A stretch of DNA of 64,000 nucleotides, taken from positions 3,717-67,716 of the IMG/VR virus record IMGVR_UViG_3300035501_000778. One strand, 5' to 3'. Each line of letters opens with the position of its first letter. Position 1 is the first letter of the stretch. The notes beneath the pieces are model-generated. The model searched no databases. It was not told the origin of the DNA and worked only from the letters and a program-made list of their open reading frames with translations. Below are positions 1-9,666 of this stretch, one piece after another. The stretch is from a virus. The translations under genes were made by a program, and so were the position numbers.

Positions 1-4
1 GGGT

Positions 5-1342
5 ATGTCGGATGCGGATTGCGAAATCTTGGAGTCGGAGTATCTGGCTTACGAGCGTCTGTGGGGCTGGCGCGTCGAGTGGCTGAAACCTTACGAGCAG
101 CAGCCTATCGCGGTGCGCTTTATCTACGAGGCGGGCCGTGTGTATTGGAAGGAGGAACGTGCGGGCCAGCGGCTTACTCCGCAGCAACAGCAGGAACAGG
201 ACTTGCATTTTATCGTTAAGTGTAATGCGTTCGGTTATCTACTCTCGCGTTACCGCGACCGCTCCAAAGCGTTCCTCGTGCAGTGGGCGGACTACTCGTG
301 TCTCTTCGGGGGCAAGGCTTCGGGGCGAACGGGTAAGACGGCGCTCGCCTCGCTTATTGGCTGTGTGCGTCATTTCCTCTTGGTGCCTGGCAAGGGCATG
401 AAAACTCATGATAACTTCGCAAAGAACTTTGCCAAGTTCCGTTTCGGGGTGCAGTCGAATATCTTGATCGACGACCTTTCCTCTCGCATCGACGAGGAAC
501 AGTTCTACAATCTGAACTCGGTGATGGAGGTCAAGACGCTCTACGAGGACGAGGTGACGATTCGCGAAGAGGATTGCCCCAAAGTGCAGATTACTTCGAA
601 CCGTATGCCTCGCATGGATTCCTCGTCTACCGAGGGCCGATTCATGATGGTCCCGGTCGGTGGTCCGATTGGTTATCACAAGATGAATGGTCAGACGGTG
701 GAGATGTCGGTGCGCAAGATGTTTGGCTGCAACATTCCCGATGGTCTGTCGTCCGAGGAATATACGTATTGTCAGAACGTGATGATGTGGTGCTTGCAGT
801 TCTATCTGTCGCATAAGGATATTATCCGTCCGTTCATGGGCCAGGAGGGCAAGGCTTCTATGGCGAGCGGACAGGTGGGCAACAAGGATTTCGTAGCGTG
901 GGCCAATGAGTATTTCTCGGACGAGAGTAAGTTCGGTGTACCCCTGGTGCGTCGCGAGATGTATCTCGACTATCGGGAGTACCTGGGTGAGCGTGCCAGC
1001 ATCTTCGATTCCAAGGCGAACATGAACGAGTTCAAGGGTTATCTCCGTAAGTATTGCGATGCGTATCAGTATGTCTTCATGCCGCGTGTCTGCTATCGTC
1101 GTGGTGCCGACGACGAGAAGGACGAGAGTATCCGTCTCACGGCTTGGGTTACCAAGAAGGATGCGAACGGCTATCGTATTCGCAAGGGCGAGAATCCCAT
1201 CGGCTACGAGCTTTCTCCTGCAGAGCGTGTGGTCTACATCTTCCGTAATGTAGCGGATGTTCCCACTACCTTCGAGGGCCTTGTCAAACCCGACAAGAAG
1301 AATCCACCCAAGGTGGACGATTACCAAGTGGACGAGGAATAG
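5..1342 (+). CDS. Primase/helicase C-terminal NTPase region (5'-partial)
   Basis: Walker A-like GGKASGRTGKT, Walker B-like ILIDD, ITSN motif C as in SF3/D5-like helicases; frame is open to the window edge. Confidence 0.7.
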   Translation: MSDADCEILESEYLAYERLWGWRVEWLKPYEQQPIAVRFIYEAGRVYWKEERAGQRLTPQQQQEQDLHFIVKCNAFGYLLSRYRDRSKAFLVQWADYSCLFGGKASGRTGKTALASLIGCVRHFLLVPGKGMKTHDNFAKNFAKFRFGVQSNILIDDLSSRIDEEQFYNLNSVMEVKTLYEDEVTIREEDCPKVQITSNRMPRMDSSSTEGRFMMVPVGGPIGYHKMNGQTVEMSVRKMFGCNIPDGLSSEEYTYCQNVMMWCLQFYLSHKDIIRPFMGQEGKASMASGQVGNKDFVAWANEYFSDESKFGVPLVRREMYLDYREYLGERASIFDSKANMNEFKGYLRKYCDAYQYVFMPRVCYRRGADDEKDESIRLTAWVTKKDANGYRIRKGENPIGYELSPAERVVYIFRNVADVPTTFEGLVKPDKKNPPKVDDYQVDEE

Positions 1343-1348
1343 TATTAC

Positions 1349-1385
1349 AACAAGAGAGGGTAGACTAAGCCTACCCTCTCTTGTT
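1349..1385. terminator. Bidirectional intrinsic terminator
   Basis: AACAAGAGAGGGTAG-7nt-CTACCCTCTCTTGTT perfect stem between convergent genes. Confidence 0.8.
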
Positions 1386-1642
1386 TATTCCAACGATTCA
1401 AAATAAGCATTCATCTCTTCGGTTGTCTTGAAGACTTTGCAATTACCTTTTGCAATCTCGGCTCTCGCTTTGTCTATTCTTTCCTGAGCTTCCGGAGATA
1501 ATAGAATGTCTTCATTGAAAACACGAACCAGTGTATAAGCAGGCTTTCCTCTTCGGGTGATAATAATCGTTTCCCCGTTGTCTGCTGCATTGAATAGAGA
1601 AGCCTGCTTGCTTCTAAACTCTCTTGCTGTAACTTGTATCAT
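1385..1642 (-). CDS. Phd/YefM-family antitoxin, no adjacent toxin
   Basis: MIQVTAREFRSKQASLFNAADNGETIIITRRGKP matches the Phd/YefM N-terminal pattern; low GC. Confidence 0.8.
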   Translation of the reverse strand: MIQVTAREFRSKQASLFNAADNGETIIITRRGKPAYTLVRVFNEDILLSPEAQERIDKARAEIAKGNCKVFKTTEEMNAYFESLE

Positions 1643-2225
1643 AATATCAATATTTAAACGGTGTACCAATATTGGCTTTCAAATGTATTCATTCGTTTCG
1701 ATACAACCAAACATTTTACGAAACATTTTAAATGATTTAACATTGCGCCGAAAGAAAGATGAGAGAAAGAAAATCATCGGGGGATGGAAAGGGGTGCGTC
1801 TGCTGAAAGCGGACGTTCCCCTTTCTTTCGCCCGTACGTTTGTTTCTCCTTACATCTCTTCTCCAGGAGAAAGAAAAAGTGCATACGCACAGTAGGAGGG
1901 TGAGAAGAATAGAAGGCCCATACGCCCGCCACCACAGCCAGCCTCGCTGGTCTCCGAAAACGATGCGACGCTTTCAAACGTCAGCAAGGCCTTCGCATCA
2001 TCGCATTATCTCTCTATATCTTCTACCTCTTCATCGCTTAATCAGTTAAAAATAAAGAGAGTAAGATAGTGGTAGTAGGTCTTGCGGTCGGTCTGCGAAC
2101 GTCCTGCGTTGCCCTGCCTTGAACCTTAATTTTATGCGAAAATATATTTGGTTAATTATCAAAGAGTTATGCGTTTTTTTATTATCTTTGCGCTGTACAA
2201 AGTTTATCTCTTAGTTTATAAGTTT

Positions 2226-2894
2226 ATGCCGAAAGATTCAAAGAACCTTAACCCTTCTCCTGTGGTCACGTACTTGCGGGTCCGGGAGATATTCCACGAC
2301 TTCCTCCGTTATCGCTACGGAGAGTTCCCTCTCAACTTACCCGAGGGCTGTCGGCTGTATGGCGAGTTCGTCATGGGGCTGGCCGAAAACCCTACGCTCT
2401 ACAAGATGTCTTATTCGGGTTTCTCCCAGGCTGCCTTCCGCCTTGCCTTCGACCCGGACTTCCACGAGGCACCGGCTGACTCTCGCGGTCGCGAACGTTT
2501 CCTCCCGTCCGACGAGGATGCTCGCAAGCTCGTGCCCTTCGTCCTCCCGCGCGACGTCATACGTGGGGGCAAACTGGTCCACACCAATCAATGGTTCCAA
2601 CTTACTTCGGGGGGATGCGCGCGAATGGCGAGGGTGATCGAGGGGGAGTTCTGGGCGGCGTTCTCCGAGTTCGACCAGCGTTTCAATCTTTACTGCGCCC
2701 GAGCTGGCGAGCGTTACAACCAGGAGATTTCCATCGAGCGCTTTATTCAAATGACGGGCATGGATATGAGGTTCGAGGATACTATGGCGCGCTATTGGCG
2801 CAAGAAGAAGGTGGAGGATAGCAAGCGCTTTTCCTCGTTCTCAAAGAAGGAACATACTGACTCTCTGCGCCTCTTCCTTAATGGGGCTAAATAG
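2226..2894 (+). CDS. Hypothetical protein
   Basis: Long ORF with TATCTTTG promoter just upstream (~2183). Confidence 0.7.
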   Translation: MPKDSKNLNPSPVVTYLRVREIFHDFLRYRYGEFPLNLPEGCRLYGEFVMGLAENPTLYKMSYSGFSQAAFRLAFDPDFHEAPADSRGRERFLPSDEDARKLVPFVLPRDVIRGGKLVHTNQWFQLTSGGCARMARVIEGEFWAAFSEFDQRFNLYCARAGERYNQEISIERFIQMTGMDMRFEDTMARYWRKKKVEDSKRFSSFSKKEHTDSLRLFLNGAK

Positions 2895-2985
2895 GGTTGC
2901 GGGGTTGCTTAACGTGTGTTAACGCGGACTGCAATCCGTCCGCCTGCTTGTCCGTCTTTTCTTAACTGACTATTTTTATGGCTTT

Positions 2986-3483
2986 ATGAATACTTGCTTA
3001 GAACTTTTCAACGACCTCTACCGACTGGATTTCTATCGGGCGGAGGGGGTCACGGGGGATGGCCCTGCCGTCCTCATCCGTCGCGCGGTCGATAAGTCTT
3101 TGGTTTCGGTCGACGAGTCTTCGCGCCTCTTTTCCGTGGGCCGTTATTCGTCGCACGACGATTCTCACATCCGCGCGAACGACACTCACTCGTCTGTCAC
3201 GACCAAGGTGTCGGAGTCCAAGGAGGATAAGTATTACGAGGTGACGGTCCACTTCGAGTTCCAAAATCCTACCCTTAATCTGCTGAATCTTATCGACGTC
3301 TTGCAGTACACTCCCACCGTCGTCATGGTGCGTTTCCTGGGACCCGATGGGCAACCTGCTTCCTCGCGCCTCATTCGCCCTGCCGGCGAGGTGGCACAGA
3401 CGCTCGCCGTCACCGAGGATAGTGGCGTCACGTCGGTGGACTTTACGGTCTATGCGGTCAACGGCATCCAGGCTTTGCTTTGA
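2986..3483 (+). CDS. Hypothetical protein
   Basis: 165-aa ORF with phage-like codon usage. Confidence 0.7.
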   Translation: MNTCLELFNDLYRLDFYRAEGVTGDGPAVLIRRAVDKSLVSVDESSRLFSVGRYSSHDDSHIRANDTHSSVTTKVSESKEDKYYEVTVHFEFQNPTLNLLNLIDVLQYTPTVVMVRFLGPDGQPASSRLIRPAGEVAQTLAVTEDSGVTSVDFTVYAVNGIQALL

Positions 3484-3704
3484 TTCGCGCTCGCGCGCGC
3501 TGCGTGCATAGTCTTATAGGTGCCCCTATTTTAGTATATCTATTTCATTGTTTATTTTGTTTTTTGTGATTCGGTCGGCCGCGGGTTTCCTGCGCGTCGA
3601 CCGTTTTTTGTAATCTTTTCTGCGTTTTTTGAATGTAAAAACACCCTATATATCTCATTGTTAGGGTAGTTACTTTGTAACGAAAATCATTTCGACATAG
3701 ACAG

Positions 3705-5408
3705 ATGAATAGACTTTTGTACAACGAAATTGCGAATACGCATCTTTGGGAGATGGAGCGCGGCGCGCTCTATAACCATGCGCGTATGTTCCTGTCGCAC
3801 TATGCTGAATTGACGGCTGAACAGAAAAACAATCATCCCTCCGAACCGTTCATGCTCTCTGCTTCTACGGGCTTCAACGAGAAGGTGTACCTGGGCCGTG
3901 CTGACCGCATCGCTCACTATAACCAACTCGATGCGTCGGACGTGGTGATTAATGTCATCAACTTCTCGGGACCGATGATGCGTAACGGGGGTGGCTGTGC
4001 TTATGGCTCGCTCGAGTTGCGCGACATGATTATGCAGGCGGCGGACGTGCCGCAGTGTATCGCGCAGGTCTTCGTGGTGGATACGCCGGGCGGCTCGTCT
4101 TACAGTAAGTTCGACTTGCAGGAGGCTCTCGATTATGCTCACTCTAAGGGGCAGTCTACGTGGATGTATGTCGACGGCACACTGGCTTCGGCTGGTATGG
4201 CTTGGGGCGCGATGTGTCAGCATCGCTTGGCCCGTAGCCCGCATTGTGTCTTCGGCTGCATGGGTACCTTCGCGTCTTTCTATACCATGAAGGATGGCGA
4301 CGTCAATACCATCACGCAGGAGATGTTCCACGAGGTGTATGCAACCGATAGCACGGAGAAGAACTTGCCCTTCCGCCAGGCGGCGAACGGCGATGCTTCG
4401 CTTATCCAGCAGGAGTTGGATAAGAACAATCAACAGTACATTCAGATGATTCGCCAGGGTATTCCTGCGGTGTCCGAGGAACAACTCCACGGCGGCACAT
4501 GGGAGGCTTCCGAGGTACTCGGCTCGCTCTGCGATGGTATCTGCTCGTTCGATGAGTTGATTGATAACGTGCTGGCTGAACGTGGTCTGAAACGTGCGGA
4601 ACCTGCTCCCCCTGCTGAACCTTCTATGGGCCATTCCGCAAAGCAGGTGACTACTGAATCGGCTGTTACCGCGGAACCGATGGAGAAGAAGAAGGAGGCG
4701 GACAAGCCTGCTCCCGCTCCCGATAAGGACCCCGACGAGAATCCCGACGAGGAACCTGGCACTCCCGCTGACCCGCTGGACCCGAACCGCCCCGTGGACC
4801 CGGAGGCTCCCGAAGTCCCCGAGGATGAACCTGCCGAGGACCCGAAAAAGGAGGACCCGAAAAAGGAGGACCCGAAAAAGAAGAATGTGAAATCCAAAAC
4901 CAATACCAAACAAATGGGAAAAAATTACGAAGTTATTCGTGCCGCTCTGGGACTGGAGGTCTTGGAGTCTGGCAAAGATAATGCGCTCTATCTCCACGAG
5001 GACTTGTGCGACGCGCTGACTGAACGTCTCTCCGAGGCGGATGCTACGGCTAACGCGCTCGAGGCAAAGGTGGCTGAAGTGAAGTCGCTGAACGAGATGG
5101 TCGCTAACTTGCGTGCCGAGAATGAACTGGCGGTGGCTGCCGAAACTGAAAAGGCTGCCGAGGCTGCTAAGGCTTCAGAGGCGCGTATCGCTGAACTGGA
5201 AGCCGAGGTCGCTGAACTCAAGGAACAGCTGGTGGCTAAGGAGGCAGAGGTCAAGGAATTGGCTGACGCTCCTGCGGAACCTGCTATGCCTGCCGTACCC
5301 GAACAGAAGGAACAGGCCGAGGTGGTGCTGCCTTCTCGCTTCAACGACGCAAAGGAACAGCGCGAGGCTAAACTGAAGTTCATGGCTGAACTGCGCCGTA
5401 AAATGTAA
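3705..5408 (+). CDS. S49/ClpP-like prohead protease with C-terminal coiled-coil scaffold
   Basis: VDTPGGS, ASAG and GCMGT motifs; acidic/Pro linker; coiled-coil C-terminus; directly upstream of capsid gene. Confidence 0.8.
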   Translation: MNRLLYNEIANTHLWEMERGALYNHARMFLSHYAELTAEQKNNHPSEPFMLSASTGFNEKVYLGRADRIAHYNQLDASDVVINVINFSGPMMRNGGGCAYGSLELRDMIMQAADVPQCIAQVFVVDTPGGSSYSKFDLQEALDYAHSKGQSTWMYVDGTLASAGMAWGAMCQHRLARSPHCVFGCMGTFASFYTMKDGDVNTITQEMFHEVYATDSTEKNLPFRQAANGDASLIQQELDKNNQQYIQMIRQGIPAVSEEQLHGGTWEASEVLGSLCDGICSFDELIDNVLAERGLKRAEPAPPAEPSMGHSAKQVTTESAVTAEPMEKKKEADKPAPAPDKDPDENPDEEPGTPADPLDPNRPVDPEAPEVPEDEPAEDPKKEDPKKEDPKKKNVKSKTNTKQMGKNYEVIRAALGLEVLESGKDNALYLHEDLCDALTERLSEADATANALEAKVAEVKSLNEMVANLRAENELAVAAETEKAAEAAKASEARIAELEAEVAELKEQLVAKEAEVKELADAPAEPAMPAVPEQKEQAEVVLPSRFNDAKEQREAKLKFMAELRRKM

Positions 5409-5458
5409 TTCATGTGTGTAATCTATTTTGTATAACCCCTTACTAAACAAGAATAAAT

Positions 5459-6556
5459 ATGGCATACGCTATTGACTTGTCAACCGTTCAATCGGTTACT
5501 CAGGTGCTGAAAAAGGACCTGCTCATTTCTCCGGCTACGCTGAAGAATGATATGCTTACCAAGATTGGTTTCCGTACCATTACGGGTGTGACCAACGTGG
5601 AGAGCGAATTTATCTCGCTGGCTTACAACGGCGCTATCCGTCCTTACGACATGACGGTCAGCTACGACGAATCAAGCCAGAAAGAGGTGGCTAAGATTAT
5701 CGAACGTAAAATGAAGACTTACTTGGCCTTCCGCGCTGCGGGTATGAACCTCCAGTCGTTCAAGGAGAAGGAACCCTTCGAAGTTACTGACAAGGTGGAC
5801 GAAGCATCGCTGATGCGCCTGCCTCAGACTACTTTCACCATCATGCAGGCTGGTGAAATGTATGGCCAGGAGGTCTTGCAGTCTATCTTCTTCGGCGACC
5901 GTAAGAAGGGTAGCAAATCTCCCTACGGCATCTTCGATGGTCTGTACGTGCAGATTGCCAAGGATATGACAACTTATCAGGACGAAGACGGTAACGAGAT
6001 TCCTGTACTTATCTCGAAGGATAATGGTAACTTGATTGTCACTTCGCCGATCACGAAGCCGACATCGACCACAGACTACTCGGCTTACGAGGCTTTCGAG
6101 TCATTCGTAGAGGCGCTCGACCCGTCTTTGGCTGATAACCCCGATGGTGTCATCATCTTGTGCGACAAGAAGAAGGCTGCTTACATCTACCAGGCTTATA
6201 TGAACCGCTACCCCAACTTGCAGAACTCTGTCAAGTTCGACGAGGGCTACCAGTTCTTCACCATCGACAACATCACGTTGGTGGGCACGCCGCTGATGGG
6301 CCAGACGAACACGCTGATTGCGACCGTTCCCAACAACTTCTCGCTGGGTATCGAGTCTGAACGCAACGATAACAACGTGTTCATCAAGCAGCACTCGTTC
6401 GACCCGAACAAGATTAATATGTGGATTCAGTCTGCACAGGGCGTCCGCCTGGATAACCCCACTAAGAGCCACTTCGCTATCTCTTGCGACAGCGAATACA
6501 ATCTCTACGAGGCTACTCCGTATAAGTACGGCGACTTGCAGATTGACGCTGAATAA
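5459..6556 (+). CDS. Major capsid protein
   Basis: 365 aa, follows protease, IFFGD...FDGL motif, strongly biased codons. Confidence 0.7.
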   Translation: MAYAIDLSTVQSVTQVLKKDLLISPATLKNDMLTKIGFRTITGVTNVESEFISLAYNGAIRPYDMTVSYDESSQKEVAKIIERKMKTYLAFRAAGMNLQSFKEKEPFEVTDKVDEASLMRLPQTTFTIMQAGEMYGQEVLQSIFFGDRKKGSKSPYGIFDGLYVQIAKDMTTYQDEDGNEIPVLISKDNGNLIVTSPITKPTSTTDYSAYEAFESFVEALDPSLADNPDGVIILCDKKKAAYIYQAYMNRYPNLQNSVKFDEGYQFFTIDNITLVGTPLMGQTNTLIATVPNNFSLGIESERNDNNVFIKQHSFDPNKINMWIQSAQGVRLDNPTKSHFAISCDSEYNLYEATPYKYGDLQIDAE

Positions 6557-6598
6557 TCTGCGTTCTATTGATTACTAACTATATAAACAATTAACACT

Positions 6599-7168
6599 AT
6601 GGCTTGTGATTTGTTTCCAGTCGGCGTAGACGCTGACAGCTGCACCGAGAGCTATGCAGGTACCGGCACGCTGGCTTACCTGTTCTTCTCCGAAGATGTG
6701 GACACCGAAACTCTGAAGGTGTCTGAAACAGAAAACGCTTACTCTGCCTTCGCGCTGAAAACGGGTAAGAAGATCTATCCCATCCGTCTGAAAAAGCAGG
6801 CGAACAAGGTGGTCGGCACGGGTCTGGGTGACAACAAGGGTTTCTCTAACGTCGCTACACTGGTAGTGGACAAGGAACTCGAGAAGTTGTCTGTCCTGGA
6901 GCGTACCGTACAGAATAAGCCTTGCGGTCTGTTGCTGCGTAAGGCGGGCATCGACGAGGGTTGCTACATCCTGTGGAACCCCAACGTGGATACTGCCTTC
7001 GAGTTTAGCACCGACTCCGGCGATAGCTACGACTCGGATATGGGTTCAACCTGGACGGTTACTTCTGCGCCTATGCCGTATGATAGCATGACTATCAGCA
7101 AGGCGTTGTTCACTGCACTGACCATCGCGGACAATGCAGAGGGCGAGAAGGTTACCAAGAGCGCCTAA
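6599..7168 (+). CDS. Probable major tail (tube) protein
   Basis: 189 aa beta-rich, follows capsid, biased codons, terminator downstream. Confidence 0.5.
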   Translation: MACDLFPVGVDADSCTESYAGTGTLAYLFFSEDVDTETLKVSETENAYSAFALKTGKKIYPIRLKKQANKVVGTGLGDNKGFSNVATLVVDKELEKLSVLERTVQNKPCGLLLRKAGIDEGCYILWNPNVDTAFEFSTDSGDSYDSDMGSTWTVTSAPMPYDSMTISKALFTALTIADNAEGEKVTKSA

Positions 7169-7193
7169 TCCGGCTGGATAGATAGGATTGATT

Positions 7194-7229
7194 GGAAGGG
7201 GGTGGGCTTGCTCACTCCCTTCTTTGTTT
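7194..7229 (+). terminator. Intrinsic terminator
   Basis: GAAGGGGGTGGGC-TT-GCTCACTCCCTTC followed by TTTGTTT. Confidence 0.7.
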
Positions 7230-7249
7230 AATATTTAATTGATAATGAA

Positions 7250-8230
7250 ATGATTAATAAAACGGATTATATGAAGAATATTTTGCAGATGTCCTACGAA
7301 GAGAAGTTGCTGTTGCTCGATCGTGCCGACGCTTGGATGGAGGCTTACCCTTCGTTGCGTGCGGCGGTTTCGAGTTGGGAGGATGCGCCTGTCAAGGACT
7401 TCGATGATGGCTTGCTCTTGTGCTCTTGCTTGCGCCGTGCGCATTCGTTCATCGAGGATGCGTATAAGTTCAACGCGCTGAAGTGCTTGGATATGATTAA
7501 TCTTACCTTGGAAGAGGTGGTCCGCATCGCGCGCCCTTCGGGTCCTCGCACCGAGTCGGAGAAGGCGACCAAGAAGATTAAGGCTTTCGTACCCAAGGCA
7601 CCGGCTCCCGACGAGGATGGCGTGGTCGTCAAGCGTACCGAGGCGGAGCGCTTGGCTATGGAGCAGCAGGCAATGGACGAGGAAATGGCGTCGGATAAGT
7701 ATCGCCCGCAGAACCTTGCGGACTATATCCAACTGCTCCCGCAATCGCTCCAGGCGGAAGCACGCGATGTCAAGAAGCGTTATTACACACCTCTTCGCGA
7801 GGCGCGCGTGCGTCTCGAATCGCTTACCGAGAATCCGGATGCAACGGACGAACAGCGGGCCGAGGCAGCTAATCGTTTGGCGGCTGCGGATGATGCGCTG
7901 GCGGAGTTTTGGCAACGCGTCGATAAGGCTTACCGCGTGGTGTCGGGCACGGCTACGACCGACGATGATAAGTCTAAGAAACTGTCGGACTTTACCAAAG
8001 CGGAAATCGAGGCTATCGAGGATGAACAGCAGCGCGAACACTTGAAGGTGGCGCGTATCGACGCGGACAAGAAGTATCTTCGCCGTTCCGACCTTCCCGA
8101 GGGCGACGACACTGCTTCGGAACTTTCTCTCCGTGCAGCCGAACTTATCGCGTGGGGCGTCAAACTCTCTCCGCGTCAGTTGGCGAATATGAAACGATAT
8201 GGGGCTACACTCCCCGACGAAACTAATTAA
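7250..8230 (+). CDS. Hypothetical helical protein
   Basis: 326-aa ORF. Confidence 0.75.
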   Translation: MINKTDYMKNILQMSYEEKLLLLDRADAWMEAYPSLRAAVSSWEDAPVKDFDDGLLLCSCLRRAHSFIEDAYKFNALKCLDMINLTLEEVVRIARPSGPRTESEKATKKIKAFVPKAPAPDEDGVVVKRTEAERLAMEQQAMDEEMASDKYRPQNLADYIQLLPQSLQAEARDVKKRYYTPLREARVRLESLTENPDATDEQRAEAANRLAAADDALAEFWQRVDKAYRVVSGTATTDDDKSKKLSDFTKAEIEAIEDEQQREHLKVARIDADKKYLRRSDLPEGDDTASELSLRAAELIAWGVKLSPRQLANMKRYGATLPDETN

Positions 8231-8247
8231 TCTCTTTTCTTTCTGAT

Positions 8248-8499
8248 ATGTTTATTAAGTTTAATGGTTCGCTCTATAATGCGGACGTGTTTTCTTGCTT
8301 TAAGGTGGTTCGCAATGAACTGCTGTGCTATATCCCTGCGTCCAACAAGCCGCTCTGCTCCATGCACTACGCTTCTCCGGAGTTCGCGTCTTTTGCTTTC
8401 GGTCGTATCATTCATGGTATGCTGGGCAAGTGGGGTTGTGTCGATGTCACCGAAGAGGCGATTGAGCATCTCTACTTGGAAAAGAGGGAGGCTTTCTGA
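8248..8499 (+). CDS. Hypothetical protein
   Basis: 83-aa ORF, TGATG-coupled to next gene. Confidence 0.6.
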   Translation: MFIKFNGSLYNADVFSCFKVVRNELLCYIPASNKPLCSMHYASPEFASFAFGRIIHGMLGKWGCVDVTEEAIEHLYLEKREAF

Positions 8500-9014
8500 T
8501 GGATCTCTTCGTGGAACCTTGCTGCTTTCGCAAGCAGCTCACCGAGCGGATGCAGCGTCCGCTCGCTAACTTCTTCACGAACGGGGATGTCACGCTCGAT
8601 ATGTTTCTCGATTTCTTCGTGGGGCTGTGCCCTGGCGCTACGCTCTCCGTGGCGCTGGTGCGGGTCGAGAGCACGACCCTCGATGCGCTGGTCCGTCTGA
8701 TGGAGGCGCGTTCTTCCGATGGCTCTCCGCTGGTGTCCTCGCTCACACTGGTCACTACGGGGCAGGATAGGGCAGCGGTGTCGGCGGCGCTGGGGCAGTA
8801 CCGCGCTGCGGGCCGTGCTTGTATCTGCGAGGAACGGATTGCATTCCGCTGTATGGCGGTGGCCAATGCTGAACGCTCGTTTGTCTTGCAGGGGAGCATC
8901 GGCCAGTCTTCGGCTTTCTCCGTGCAGATGCTTACGCTCTCTACCGAGCGGGAGGTCTACGAGGGGGTGGCCTCGCTCTTTGCACTCAAGCAACGCCACA
9001 AGGCTACTTCTTAA
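8499..9014 (+). CDS. Hypothetical protein
   Basis: 171-aa ORF coupled to upstream gene. Confidence 0.65.
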   Translation: MDLFVEPCCFRKQLTERMQRPLANFFTNGDVTLDMFLDFFVGLCPGATLSVALVRVESTTLDALVRLMEARSSDGSPLVSSLTLVTTGQDRAAVSAALGQYRAAGRACICEERIAFRCMAVANAERSFVLQGSIGQSSAFSVQMLTLSTEREVYEGVASLFALKQRHKATS

Positions 9015-9093
9015 AAGATTATAAATCTTGCGCCGATATGCTACGCTTTTGTGCATATCGGCGTATCTTTGCACCGTAATTTAAACCGTAACT

Positions 9094-9534
9094 ATGTCGA
9101 TTAATAAAGTGATTTTATTGGGCAACCTGGGCAAGGATCCGGAGGTTCGCCGTTTTGATACGGGCGCGGCTGTCGCCACCTTCACGCTCGCTACTTCGGA
9201 GCGTGGTTATACAGCCAAGAATGGTACGCAGGTTCCCGAACGTACCGAATGGCACAACATCGTTGTATGGAATGGCTTGGCCGAGGTGGCCGAGAAGTTC
9301 TTACGCAAGGGTAGTAAGGTGTATGTCGAGGGGAAGATGCGCACGCGCTCCTACACGGACCAGGCGAATCAGGTGCGCTATGTCACGGAAATCAATGTCG
9401 AGAATATGGAGATGCTTTCGCCGGCGCAACAGCAGCCGACACATCCTACTCCTTCTTCCTTCGATGCGCCTGCACAACAGCCATCCTCACAACCTGCGTC
9501 TCCGCAGCAACTGATGGATAGCCTCCCATTCTGA
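9094..9534 (+). CDS. ssb: Single-stranded DNA-binding protein
   Basis: [39 protein letters not shown]-terminal DSLPF. Confidence 0.97.
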   Translation: MSINKVILLGNLGKDPEVRRFDTGAAVATFTLATSERGYTAKNGTQVPERTEWHNIVVWNGLAEVAEKFLRKGSKVYVEGKMRTRSYTDQANQVRYVTEINVENMEMLSPAQQQPTHPTPSSFDAPAQQPSSQPASPQQLMDSLPF

Positions 9535-9666
9535 TAAGTATTCAAAGGTGTTTTTGTGAGCGTCGTGAGACGCGAGTTCTCTTTTTTTAATATATATATA
9601 ACTGGGGGCCCGGAAGGGCTAAGTGTTTTAAATGAAGCGGGAGGGGCATCGCCCCTCCCTTTTTCG

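Noticed and set aside
4836-4880. GAGGACCCGAAAAAG x3 repeat
   Set aside because: Low-complexity linker (EDPKK) within the protease gene
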